A stretch of 62,906 bases of DNA, counting the filler, from Octopus bimaculoides (lineage: Eukaryota): the NCBI RefSeq assembly GCF_001194135.2. It is 3 parts of 3 records of this genome, joined end to end, with 100 filler letters (N's around TTAATTAATTAA, not from the genome) between each part and the next. Parts side by side here need not be neighbours in the genome. Positions count along the whole stretch, not along the records: positions 12,608 to 41,244 come from NC_068985.1; 2 more parts are not named here. One strand, given 5' to 3'. Below, piece by piece: positions 14,725 through 26,180 of this stretch; the first letter of the stretch is position 1, and every line of letters starts with the position of its first letter. Made by a program: the position numbers and the translations under genes. The notes under the pieces are model-generated. The model ran no database searches, was not told where the DNA came from, and saw nothing but the letters and a program-made list of their open reading frames with translations.

Positions 14725-15299
14725 AAGGGTGCACTCCAGCGATTATACACAATACTCAGGACAACTTTGGGTCTCAGAATGTAATCTGTTTTCTCCACAT
14801 GTTTTATTATTCATTTATCATTTATTCATTTGACACGTTCTTATTTTGGAACCAAGCATCTGTGATAAACGAAGATAGAGGAACTTAAGTGATTAAAACA
14901 GAATAACACATTAAATAAATTTAGAATATAACTCTAAAACTTAGTCTACTGAACTCAATCATTGAGAACGAAAAATGTATCGGAGACAATGCTACTCAAT
15001 GTAAATGTTTTACCCGTTATAGAATGGTAGGATGTGATTTGAAGGAGATTCGGATGCTATTTCTAGAAGGTAGAATGTCTACATAGGGCTGAACCGGTTG
15101 GTTCGAAATTTTACATGTACAGCAGATATTAGTCTCCTGTACATTTCTTGTTTGACTAATAATACAGTGGACATTTGTAGACAATGAGAATGCTTCGCTG
15201 CTAAAATAGTATTACTAAAAGTAGTATTGTAGATATCATTAAACTGCTATAGTTTCACCAAATCTGAATTTATCCTAATCCAGTCATTACTGATGTGAT

Positions 15300-15480
15300 A
15301 TTCTTTCCCACTTTTATTCTTTTACTGGTGATTTCAATCTTGGAAGGCTGCCAGGCAGCAGTGCTGCTTTGAAGGCATTTAGCTGATGATATTAATTGTA
15401 GTACATCAGTTTATTGTCAGCCTCCAACCAGGACTTTCATGATACTTTTAAAGCCAGAAACTTTTCAGCACCTTCTTTTA
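15300..15480 (-). mobile_element. Mariner-type terminal fragment
   Basis: gaaggtgctgaaaagtttctggctttaaaag resembles a mariner TIR start. Confidence 0.4.
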
Positions 15481-16142
15481 TATGGATAACTTACTTTCTT
15501 ATCCATATGTCGGAAAGAAGACTTCTGGTTTGCGTATTTTGTTTTAAAATTACCCTCACATAGACCAACGTAATTTTTCTTTCGGATTTCTTTATTTTGA
15601 CACTCTGCTGGGAGTTAGGCTTCATTAAGCACTGGGTTAATCAAGAATGCCTAATTGATTGGGCAAGATTCAGGTCTCGTCAGCTGCAACTTGGAGTGAG
15701 CTCTAGGTGTGACCTGCAACTGTTTGTAGTTTTTGCTGCACGTCTATAAAAACTTTTCCTGTATCTATGGTTAAATGGGAAATGCTTATTTCTCAAGACC
15801 AGGAAATTTTTACCTACGTGAGTTTTATCAATCAAAGAAAAATAAAAACAGGGCAAATCATATTATGTTCCTGTTGCTATCTGTACGTGGAATTAATAGT
15901 TGGTGTTAACATAAAAAGGTTAAATAGAAATAATCAAGAAAAAAATAATACTTGCCGATTAAATTAAAATAATTCTCAGTGACTATGTTTTTATCGTTAC
16001 CTTCTAAACTTTTCTAGGTCGATTTCGATAGCTGTTCATTATATAAAACACTAACTTTACTATTATATTATAGCTCTTGTTAATATAAAAAAATGAAATA
16101 TTAATGTTTAGTGAACAAAGTAACGTAAGAAAAAATACTCAC

Positions 16143-16165
16143 TTATTGTAGTTTGAGTTGGGATT
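16143..16165 (-). CDS. 23-nt microexon (IPTQTTI) of the chitinase Thr/Pro linker
   Basis: Strong acceptor tttcccgttttctctctcacag| and donor |gtgagt. Phase 2 to 1 gives IPTQTTI-S-PVDVC in frame with the CBM14 exon. Confidence 0.7.
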
Positions 16166-18163
16166 CTGTGAGAGAGAAAACGGGAAACGATTTAAAAAAT
16201 ACATCGAATTTTGTTTGCAGTTGAAAGAACCAAAAATATTAACTACTTCAAGACACCATCATACGGTAGAATTCTTTGAAAAACAGCTTCTATATGTAGA
16301 ACCTAAGAACTTTCGAATTTCTCACGAGTGCAAATTTACTAATGCTTTATAACGAAGAAAAATAAAAGAGGAAAACGCACTTTATGTTCATTTCTTCTAA
16401 ACTGCAATTACTTTTCACCTATAAGAAATGTTGCGCTTCATAAAATGCTTGATTAATAAATCCTAGGCTACAATTTCTAAAAAAGAAAATTCTAAAAAGA
16501 ATGAAATAGTGTTATACATGATTACCGCTGACTAAAAAAAATTAAGAACTTTATAATAAATAAACAAACAAAAAAAAACGGCGAATTCTATGCATGTTCT
16601 TCCTTATGATTCCTTAATTTAATATCTAAGTCTCCAATCCCGACAAATATAATGAAGAAATGATTATCTCCCTTGTAATAACTGTCCAGAAGGAGACCGC
16701 TAGAATATTAATCTGATTCATTCATTTAGAGATGAAACTTATACTCCGCTCTCAGAATACTCCAGCGTAACGGTGAGGGCGTCAATACAACACAAAAGAA
16801 ATTATTAATTGATCAAATCAAGCAGTTGCAGAATTCAAAATATTCAAATATGTTGCTTTACTCCTGGTATAGGCCTGATCAAGGTAGACCTTTTATTAAA
16901 AGAGTCCAAACTGTAACCATCCCATTTTTGTTCGTATGGTGTGTTATTTCTTTACTACCCACAAGGGGCTACACACAGAGGGGACAAACAAGGTCAGACA
17001 AACGGATTAAGTCGATTATATCGACCCCAGTGCGTAACTGGTACTTATTTAATCGACCCCGAAAGGATGAAAGGCAAAGTCGACCTCGGCGGAATTTGAA
17101 CTCAGAACGTAGCGGCAGACGAAATACTGCTAAGCATTTCACCGCTAAGCATTTTGTTCGTATGGTGTGTATCCAGGATCGTATTATTACCTGTGTCGAT
17201 AACTACGAACTCATTTAAAAAAACAATGTGATGAGAGCTATTTTCCCACTATTTCTAGCAAGTGCAGTCGCCTAAGAGAGATTTCCTTGCCACTTCTAAA
17301 TCTAAATCAATATTGTTATTTCAGTTATTTTTTTTGTTTGTCTAACATCAAGTAATTCCTCACTGAGCAGATTTACGATTGCCTGCATTTGAGATAAGCA
17401 AAATCGTATTTTTCTTTTGTTGCATTGGACTCTAGACTACATTTTTCACTATGTTCTTTACTAAGAAGGCCAGGGGTAATTTGAATGAGATGTAGCTGTT
17501 GCTTCTATTATTTTATGTGATGGCAAACAGTGAAGAAGCGTAGCTTAGTAGTTATGATAATCAGCTGACGATTGTAAGGTTGTGAATTCGATTCCCGGCG
17601 GCGCGTTGTGTCCTTGAGCAAGACACTTCATTTCACGCTGCTTCACTCCACGCAGCTCCAAAAATGGATTGTACCCGTAATTCTGTGTCGCACTGAATGT
17701 CCTTAAAAACTGCGTTAAGGGCATGTGTGTCTGCGGAGCTGTCGACCACTTGCACATTAATTTCACGAGCAGGCTGTTCTGTCAATCGGATCAACTGGAA
17801 CCCTCATCGTCGTAACCTACGGAGTACCAGTAACGGACAATAATTTCTAACAACCCCTTATTCCCTCCCAATCGTATTGACCACATTATGAAATATTTAT
17901 CAATGAGTCAAAGCGGAATACCTATGTGATCGCTCGATCTGGTTGTAATTGCAGCCACATGTCCTTTAAACGGCATTCTACTATTTTTAATAAAGTACAC
18001 ATCAGATAATGTACTCTAGATCATGCAGTAAAAGGATGGAATGGTTATGGTAGAATTATTTTTGCTCACAGGGTCTGCTGATCAAAGTTGATCTGGGGTT
18101 AAAATACAACAAGTTTCATAAATGCTGTATTTTCAATACGGAGTAAAAAAATATTTCACTTAC

Positions 18164-18171
18164 AATGTGTT
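18164..18171 (-). CDS. Candidate 8-nt microexon (N-T-L) in the chitinase linker
   Basis: ctattttgtactttaacgtag|AACACATT|gtaagt. Phase 0 to 2 joins in frame to the 23-nt microexon. Confidence 0.4.
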
Positions 18172-18716
18172 CTACGTTAAAGTACAAAATAGTAGAATAT
18201 ATTCTCTATTGAATTATAATCTNNNNNNNNNNNNNNNNNNNNNNNNNNNNNNNNNNNNNNNNNNNNNNNNNNNNNNNNNNNNNNNNNNNNNNNNNNNNNN
18301 NNNNNNNNNNNNNNNNNNNNNNTTTCTTTGTTAGACCCTTCTACCCCCAGTGTTCACATTGTCAGTTACCATTCTCTTCGCGAAGAATCCATCTGAAGTT
18401 TAAGCTGGATGTGCTAGAAATAGCAACCAAATCTTTCCTGAGAGCAGACGATACATTCATTTAAACTACCTTTTATTTGGCGTTCAGATAAAAAAAAGTA
18501 CGAATGACTAAGATTCTTTTCAAAGAGTGGCTTACAAACAGTTTTTGTCTTGCTGTAGCAAAGCACAGACATTCAGGAATGCATTACTTCCGTAAAGTGA
18601 GGGATTCTTATAAGTGATTGTATCGACACCAGCACTTCACGGGTATTTATTTCATAGACCACCGAATTTTAGTACAGAAAATTTGAGTTAAAGGTTTGCA
18701 AACGACCTTACATTAC

Positions 18717-18726
18717 CTTGAGTAAC
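18717..18726 (-). CDS. 3' end of a probable chitinase exon whose body lies in the N gap 18727-19149
   Basis: Gap edge reads GTTACTCAAG|gtaatg on the minus strand. In phase 0 this is ..L-L-K|, fitting either the DKxxFxxLLK|E intron position or the terminal YPLLK motif of GH18 domains. Only 10 nt are visible. Confidence 0.45.
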
Positions 18727-19163
18727 NNNNNNNNNNNNNNNNNNNNNNNNNNNNNNNNNNNNNNNNNNNNNNNNNNNNNNNNNNNNNNNNNNNNNNNNNN
18801 NNNNNNNNNNNNNNNNNNNNNNNNNNNNNNNNNNNNNNNNNNNNNNNNNNNNNNNNNNNNNNNNNNNNNNNNNNNNNNNNNNNNNNNNNNNNNNNNNNNN
18901 NNNNNNNNNNNNNNNNNNNNNNNNNNNNNNNNNNNNNNNNNNNNNNNNNNNNNNNNNNNNNNNNNNNNNNNNNNNNNNNNNNNNNNNNNNNNNNNNNNNN
19001 NNNNNNNNNNNNNNNNNNNNNNNNNNNNNNNNNNNNNNNNNNNNNNNNNNNNNNNNNNNNNNNNNNNNNNNNNNNNNNNNNNNNNNNNNNNNNNNNNNNN
19101 NNNNNNNNNNNNNNNNNNNNNNNNNNNNNNNNNNNNNNNNNNNNNNNNNAAGAAACGATATCA

Positions 19164-19385
19164 TGGCAGAAACCTTAGCACACCGGGCGAAATTCTTAAA
19201 GGTATTTCGTCGGCCGTTACGTTCTGAGTTCAAATTCCGCCAAGGTCGACTTTGTCTTTCATCCTTTCGGGGTCGATTAAATAAGTACCAGTTACGCACT
19301 GGGATCGATCTAATCGACTTAATCCCTTTGTCTGTCCTTGTTTGTCCCCTCTGTATGTAGCCCCTTGTGGGTTGTAAAGAAATAA
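19164..19385 (+). mobile_element. Third SINE family; copies at about 780-930, 16947-17150, 34180-34630, 37270-37480, 60910-61095
   Basis: ggcagaa(t)cgttagcac...ttctgagttcaaattccgcc..ggtcgactttgcctttcatcctttcggggtcgat shared. Confidence 0.85.
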
Positions 19386-19825
19386 GAAACGCCATCATGT
19401 TCTTCAGTACCCGATTTGTATTTTATTCGATTCAGGTAAATTCTATGAGAATATATTACAAATGGCAGTGGTTATCTAAATAATAATAAAACAGTTACTA
19501 GCCATTACTAAATACCTCCAATTCTTCAGTATCTAAAGTTTAATAGAAGCCTGTAAGCTTAAGAAATTTGTAGGTTAATGCAAAAAAAAGAGACTGTGCT
19601 TTCAAATACATTCATTCCTATATACATACGCACATACATGCATACATACATAAATACATACATAGATACATACATACGTACATACATACATACAGTTTGC
19701 TTACACTTTTACAAACCATACAAATATAAAACCAGTTAAAATGTATGTATTTTTATTTTCAACTTTACTTGTTTTTTCTATAATACTGTTTGTATAGATT
19801 AGTAACGACACACGCGCGCGCGCGC

Positions 19826-20977
19826 GAGGATGGGCTGAAGGGTTCATAGGCTGACTGAAGGAGTGATGCTAGAACTGCGAAATACTACAGCTGTGCAATA
19901 GCTTCAGTCCTAATTAATAACTGTATTATTTCTTTCCAGGTAAACTGGCACCTGACTGTTCGAAGAACACTTCAAAAGTAACTGAGAATAACAGCAGATA
20001 TGATGTCATCATCACTGCGATACTGGTTCCCAACTAAGTGCTTCCCCAAATGTTCAGGAGCAGTAGATAACCAGATGGAGACTAATTAGGAGAATAGGGG
20101 TGATCAACCATTTCAAAGCTACAAGTCATGCACAGCAGCCATTGAAAGCAAGGACTTGTGGGCTGAGCATTGTCCCGATGAAACAAGACACCTTTCGTCA
20201 GTTTTCCTGGGAATTTGGTCACGATAGACATTCGTGGCCCCTTTGAATAAAGTCAATAAACACAATGCTTTTTGCATCCCCAAAAACTGTGGCCCTTATC
20301 TTCCCTGCAGATGAAACAACCTTGCCCTTGTTTGAAGCAGGTGACGAGGGGTGTTTGCACTGCATGGATTGCTTTTCTTTTTGTCACTCGCTCAAAGTGA
20401 TGAAGCCAACACTAATCTTGGATTAGGAAATGTTCAATGAAACCAGTTGGGTCTGCCTCAAACAATGTCAGATTTTTCCGTGATATTATCAGCCTGGTGT
20501 ACTTTTGATCAGGTGTCAGAAGACGTGGCAGTCACCGAGCAAAAACCTTCGTCATACCAAGTTCAATGAGCAGAACTTTCGGAATTCTCTCACGAGATCT
20601 GCTAATAGCATTGGCTATTTGATTAATAGTCAATCTCCTGTCATCCATCATCAGGTGGTGAACACAATCAATGTTTTCCTCAGCTGTGACAGTTGAAGGA
20701 CGTCCAAACCTTGGGTTATCTTCAATACTCACCCTTCTACTCCTAAAATCAGCTCTCCACTTTTACCCTGTTGATAAACCTGGAGCGTCATCCCTTAATG
20801 TAGCATCCCCTAATGTCAGCATGAATGTCGTTGGGGGCTACTAGTTACCTTTGAAGTCTCCTTTGAACAGTCGGATATCAGTTTACCTGGAATGACACAA
20901 TGTAGTTATTAATAAGAGATGAAATTAATTCATACAAGATCCCACATAGTCAGCTAATGAACCTTTCAGCCCACCCT
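19826..20977 (-). mobile_element. Decayed near full-length mariner transposon
   Basis: ~30-bp TIRs (gggctgaa.ggttcat..gctgact). Minus-strand EDNPRFGRPSTVT...DRRLTINQIANAI...LGMTKVFARW matches the mariner HTH/WVPR region; stops and frameshifts present. Confidence 0.85.
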
Positions 20978-21195
20978 TTCTCTATGTATATATGTCATTA
21001 TTCAGTTTATTTCAAGATTTCTTGCCAGTAGAGAAAGAACCGGTTTCTAACCTAGATCCAAGGTTCCTTCGTTGGAACTTCAACATCAACAACAGGGTAT
21101 TTTTGTTTGAATGTATGTATGTATGTGCAGATTTGTATGTTTAATGTATGTATTCTCACGCATATAGTTACATATCTAGACATGCTCATATATAT

Positions 21196-21365
21196 TTAAA
21201 TGATAAACTTTTGGAAAGTTTTACGGATTTTTACAGTTCCTGTGATGGGTTGGATCTTTAGGCTTCGAATTAGCTTTCTCCTTTCTGGTTTTGAGAAGCC
21301 TAATTTCTCAAAATTAGTATTTATCCTAGGGCCCCAATAATTACAGGTATAAACCTGAGCTTGTA
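21196..21365 (-). mobile_element. 3' end of a restriction-like-endonuclease non-LTR retrotransposon (R4/Dong-like)
   Basis: LRFIPVIIGALG...IQPITGTVKIRKTFQKF, matching the PVxIGALG...GTxxILRxxL terminal motif. Confidence 0.55.
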
Positions 21366-21410
21366 ATCTGGTGTATGTATGTATGCATGTATGTAAGTAT
21401 GTATGCATGT

Positions 21411-21481
<71 letters not shown>

Positions 21482-21688
21482 TGTGTGTGTGTGTAGATAC
21501 AACAGATATTGCAGCCAAGTGCTTTTGCCTCAAATTAGACTGCGTTGTCTAGGAAACAAAGATATTGACTAATGTAGTCCTGGATACATAAAAACCAGGC
21601 AACAATACGGAGTTATTTCACATTTTTATATTTCATTAACTTATACTCATTTTAATGTTAAGAATTTTAAATTTACTCTGCTACTTAC

Positions 21689-21857
21689 ATATCACTGTCA
21701 TTCCATTCAAACTCTGCTAACTGCCCATTCTTAAGAGCAGCGAACGCATATGATATATGTGTACATAAGCTTGCATCAATATCTTCTGGTACAAATTGTG
21801 CCAGTCCAGTTCTGTATTGAGCCCAGTTTGTATAGTAACACCAACGGCGGACTTCAG
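21689..21857 (-). CDS. Chitinase GH18 domain, N-terminal exon
   Basis: Manual translation: [55 protein letters not shown]. Contains the [10 protein letters not shown] and LCTHIxYAFA signatures of animal GH18 chitinases. Acceptor ttttaatccctaag|, donor AT|gtaagt; 169 nt, phase 1 to 2. Not in the ORF track. Confidence 0.95.
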
Positions 21858-22019
21858 CTTAGGGATTAAAAGAAAATATATTAAAATTATTCAGTCATCG
21901 AAGCATATAGTATACATTATTTTCAGAGCAAAGGAGTACTTAAGGATATATTGCATGTTCTGATTAAACAAGGCTCAAACATGCTCACGGACGAATGGAA
22001 ATAGCTTGCAAATTTCTCT

Positions 22020-22345
22020 TACATCGTCTTAAAAAGACAATAGCACATTTCTGAGTGTAGTCTTGAATATAAAAGAAAGATAGGATTGCTAAAGGGCCTC
22101 GTTTGTCCTGGGTTCGCTGGAGTATCTGTGAGTAACCTTCTTCTGGTGCGTCGCCAATCTCCACGGTTGCTGGCAACCGCTTCCCAGTTACTAATATTGA
22201 TGCCGCAGGCCTTCATGTCTCTTTTGCAGACATCCTTGTACCGTAAGAACGGTCTTCCAACAGACCAAATGCCCATAGCAAGCTCTCCGTTGAGTATGTC
22301 CGTGAGTATTCTGCCATCTTCCATACGACTAACATATATGCTTTA
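22020..22345 (-). mobile_element. RTE LINE 3' fragment
   Basis: RMEDGRILTDILNGEL...GRPFLRYKDVCKRDMKACGI...WEAVASNRGDWR. Confidence 0.85.
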
Positions 22346-22544
22346 TGTTACACAAACAACACATTACTCCAATGTGCAGTGGTACTGGATAATTGACAAA
22401 TACGCTATTCACTTATGAAGGCGTATGAAGGTCTTCTATGGATCTTGATTATCGTAGAAATACATCCATTAAGCTCTCTTCCAGCATCAACCAATTTTGT
22501 CACCATACATGAGCTTAATATAATTACACTATTTAAAAAAATTA

Positions 22545-22850
22545 ACTGGCACTCCGTCGGTTACGACGACGAGGGTTCCAGTTGACCCGATCAACGGAAC
22601 AGCCAGCTCGTGAAATTAACGTGCAAGTGGCTGAGCACTCCACAGACACGTGTACTCTTAATGTAGCTCTCAGGGAGACTCAGCGTGACACAGAGTGTGA
22701 TAAGGCTGTCCTTTGAAATACAGGTACTACTCCTTTTTGTCAGCTGAGTGGAGTGGAGCAACGTGAAATAAAGTCTCTTGCTCAAGGACACAACGTGTCA
22801 CCGGGAATTGAACTCACGACTTTATAACCACTAAGCCACGTACCTTCACA
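22545..22850 (-). mobile_element. SINE sharing the 3' half of the young family but with a different head; related copy at about 17545-17830 (+)
   Basis: ggcactccgtcggttacgacgacgagggttccagttg...agcactccacagacacgtg shared; head contains gtgtccttgagcaag. Confidence 0.7.
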
Positions 22851-22888
22851 AATACAGTATTACAGTAATAAAAAATACATAACCTTAC

Positions 22889-22949
22889 CTTCAGTACAAT
22901 GTACTGTTAGCGTCACTAACAATCCAAGGCAGCACCATAACAACGACAT
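22889..22949 (-). CDS. Chitinase (GH18), signal-peptide exon: MSLLWCCLGLLVTLTVHCTE(G/A)
   Basis: ATG at 22949 follows acceptor tttccccttgcag|AAA (exon starts 22952). Hydrophobic 20-aa leader. Donor GAA G|gtaagg (phase 1) matches the phase-1 start of the GH18 exon. Confidence 0.8.
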
Positions 22950-23220
22950 TTTCTGCAAGGGGAAATGATATAGACTCTTAAATGACAGCATAATGAGAAA
23001 ATCGTTAAATAAACGAATTATATAGATTGAAGTAAAGATTGTTTGCCAACATACACACATACACACAAATCTTTCGTTTATTTTCATACACACATACACA
23101 CAAACCTTTCGTTTATTCTCATTCTTACCTCCCCTTCTAAACCACACACGTCTATACACACACATACAAACATCCATACACACCACAAACAGGACCGATT
23201 CCAGACAGAAGAAAGCAGAC

Positions 23221-23265
23221 CTTGGAGCGAGTTGGGAGGTCACGAGTCACTGAAAAGGTTGTGAC
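23221..23265 (-). other. Candidate 5'-UTR exon of the chitinase gene
   Basis: tttcttctttgcag|GTCAC...CCAAG|gtctgc, 45 nt. The signal-peptide exon starts at an acceptor, so an upstream exon is required. Confidence 0.35.
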
Positions 23266-23423
23266 CTGCAAAGAAGAAACATTGTCGAACAAAAGAAAAA
23301 AAAAACAAATAAACAAATTATTGACCGTTTAACCAACACATTAAACAAACGATCGATTAGTTAGTTGGACCATAATATTTGACATAGTTGACACCAGGAC
23401 AAGGCAAGTACTTCTGCTAGTGA

Positions 23424-23472
<49 letters not shown>

Positions 23473-24019
23473 GGTGCTTATATATGTGTCATGTATGTAT
23501 GTATGTATATGTATAGTCATTCCACGGTGATCGCCATAAGCTTTAAGCTTATATAAATACCATTATTACTATTTTCAGGATTGTAAAACACTGCACCGTA
23601 TTACAAAATCATTCGCACCGAAANNNNNNNNNNNNNNNNNNNNNNNNNNNNNNNNNNNNNNNNNNNNNNNNNNNNNNNNNNNNNNNNNNNNNNNNNNNNN
23701 NNNNNNNNNNNNNNNNNNNNNNNNNNNNNNNNNNNNNNNNNNNNNNNNNNNNNNNNNNNNNNNNNNNNNNNNNNNNNNNNNNNNNNNNNNNNNNNNNNNN
23801 NNNNNNNNNNNNNNNNNNNNNNNNNNNNNNNNNNNNNNNNNNNNNNNNNNNNNNNNNNNNNNNNNNNNNNNNNNNNNNNNNNNNNNNNNNNNNNNNNNNN
23901 NNNNNNNNNNNNNNNNNNNNNNNNNNNNNNNNNNNNNNNNNNNNNNNNNNNNNNNNNNNNNNNNNNNNNNNNNNNNNNNNNNNNNNNNNNNNNNNNNNNN
24001 NNNNNNNNNNNNNNNNNNN

Positions 24020-24054
24020 CCCCTAACCCTAACCCTAAAACTAACCCTAACTCT
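24020..24054 (+). repeat. Interstitial telomere-like (CCCTAA)n at a gap edge
   Basis: ccctaaccctaaccctaaaactaaccctaactcta; probably continues into N run 23624-24019. Confidence 0.7.
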
Positions 24055-24464
24055 AGAATCCGAACTCTAAAATTGTTACACACATAGATACGCACAGCGT
24101 AATTTATTATATAAACAATATATGCGTATAAATTACGATTAAACCGGATGAAATATGTCACAGGGAATAACATTTTTATGACCGGCGAGCAGTAACTCTA
24201 TTGAGCTGAATAGACGTCAGTGATTGGTTCAAATTACAGAAATACGACAACTTTAACATGGAATAACTTGCGATGTACGTTTTTTTGTTAAGAAGACTAA
24301 GAGTAAAAGATGTTTTATATGACACATTCTACCAGTGTCCCAAGTTTCAAAGTGTTTCGTTAGTGTTTCGTTAAGAAAATACTGGTGCCCCCGTTTTGAA
24401 CTAGATCCCAATTGACTTACATTAATCATTATCTATTGATTCAATACAAATAGAATGTATCCCA

Positions 24465-25740
24465 TCTAACAGCTGTTTCTGTTTCCAATATTATATGGTA
24501 GTACCATTGATATGCTAAATATAGTTATCATATTTGGTTATAAAACCGATCTGAAACATGGAGCTTCATCAGTGTGAAGAATAAATAATGAAGGGCATAG
24601 AGAAGAAAAAAGGAAAAGTTGAATATGGTTGTAATCAAACTATTTTGCTTGCGTATCTCTTTGTGGATTAATCCTTTGTACGGTGGGGATAGGATGGATA
24701 AATAATAAAAAAATTAAAAAATAATAGCGGGATACGCCAATAGGTTTTAGTCGGAGAAAGGGTGAAAATGCAATAAGGTTTTAGATTAATCATAATTTAT
24801 AATAATTATGTTTGTAGTACTAATTAATAGTATTAATCATAATAAAATGCTAATCGGTTAAGTGTAATTTTTTTATTTACTTACTAGGAGGTGGTTAAAC
24901 CCTTCCACCTGTTGTCCGAAGTGAGATAGGCTAAGGTTCGATGTAATTGTTCAGTTGAAATTTAAAAACAAAAGACTAGCTATTGAGACCGTTATACGGG
25001 GTAAGATAAATAAATAAATGAATGGGAAAATGGTGTATGTTGTAAGGGGCTCTAAAACGCTTAGGATAATAAATACTAGATTAAAAAATAATAATAAATA
25101 CTAAGAGAGGAACCTATTTAGGAAGTAAGGCGGTTGGGGTTGAAAATGGTCCAAAAGTTTCTAATAGGAATTCGAAAGTAATAAAAACAATGAAACGAAT
25201 TTATTTCATGGGAAAATTAGGGACATATTTGTCGTTAAGGGGAGGTAATAACTAGGGTAAGTGGCCTAAATTAGGGATTGCTGGCCTGCCATCCAGCGCA
25301 CCTTATCAGTGAGCTGACTACCCCCAACAAACAGCTAATTTTCCAGCTAATTGGCTAAACAATCTATAAATCAGTCAGTCTAATGGTCAATTAATTAAGT
25401 AAAATTAGACCAAATCATCACATTCAACAATACAAACACGCTGTACGTTGAGAAGGAAATAATACAAAAAAATACAACTCATCTATGAGATTCGAAATTC
25501 ATGGAACGCATAGAAGACGGAGTAAAAGAATAAAAATGGCACACAGGTATACTTAAATTAACCACAAACACCATATTGATCCAACAGAAAGAAACAAAAG
25601 TGATAGAGTGAAAACAATACATTAGATAAAACATAGACTATACCAGTCCTACTAGTGTCTCCAATCCCTCCACAAAAATCTCAGTAAACTACAAAGAATA
25701 AAGAAAATGGTATTATACATCATCAACGGTTGTGCACAGG
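24465..25740 (-). mobile_element. Degenerate Penelope-like element remnant
   Basis: Minus strand gives HLFIYLTPYNGLNS* (about 24976-25020), resembling the Penelope C-terminal LxTxxPxGLN. Hammerhead-like CTGATGA (24572-24566) ... GAAACAGCTG (24479-24470). Confidence 0.4.
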
Positions 25741-25786
25741 CCGCGATCACAGGGCACCTATACAATAAAACAAAATTAGAGATGAG

Positions 25787-26180
25787 TGGCTGTGTGGTAA
25801 GTAGCTTGCTTACCAGCCGCATGGTTCCGAGTTCATTCCCACTGCGTGGCACCTTGGGCAAGTGTCTTCTACTATAGCCTCGGGCCGACCAAAGCCTTGT
25901 GAGTGGATTTGGTAGACGGAAACTGAAAGAAGCCCGTCGTATATATGTATATATATATATGTATATATGTGTATATGTTTGTGTGTCTGTGTTTGTCCCC
26001 CCAATATCGCTTGACAACCGATGCTGGTGTGTTTATGTCTCCGTAACTTAGCGGTTCGGCAAAAGAGACAGATAGAATAAGTACTAGGCATCCAAAGAAT
26101 AAGTCCTGGGGTCGATTTGCTCGACTAAAGGTGGTGCTCCAGCATGGCCGCAGTCAAATGACTGAAACAAGTAAAAGAGA
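25787..26180 (+). mobile_element. Second tRNA-derived SINE family with internal TA/TG microsatellite; other copies at about 1727-2140, 3170-3370, 38400-38890, 40590-40770, 45170-45640, 54290-54600
   Basis: gtggctgtgtggtaagtagcttgctt...ccttgggcaagtgtcttctactatagcc...ggtgctccagcatggccgcagtc...gactgaaacaag recurs across the window. Confidence 0.85.

Noticed and set aside
14287-14783. Phase 1-1 chitinase exon interrupted by the SINE (DYILRPKVV...PRI)
   Set aside because: Acceptor lacks a pyrimidine tract, and the peptide does not fit a chitinase linker.
17830-17920. FDSL...DWEG text resembling the GH18 catalytic motif
   Set aside because: In-frame stop, wrong spacing, no splice sites.
18688-19398. 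Long ORFs spanning N runs (also 23601, 37595, 51774, 61497-62622)
   Set aside because: Length comes from Ns; flanks are SINE, LINE or simple repeat.
24600-25330. Strand-skewed AT-rich block resembling a mitochondrial insertion (NUMT)
   Set aside because: No long frame or recognisable mitochondrial protein in the invertebrate mitochondrial code; Penelope-like motifs explain it better.
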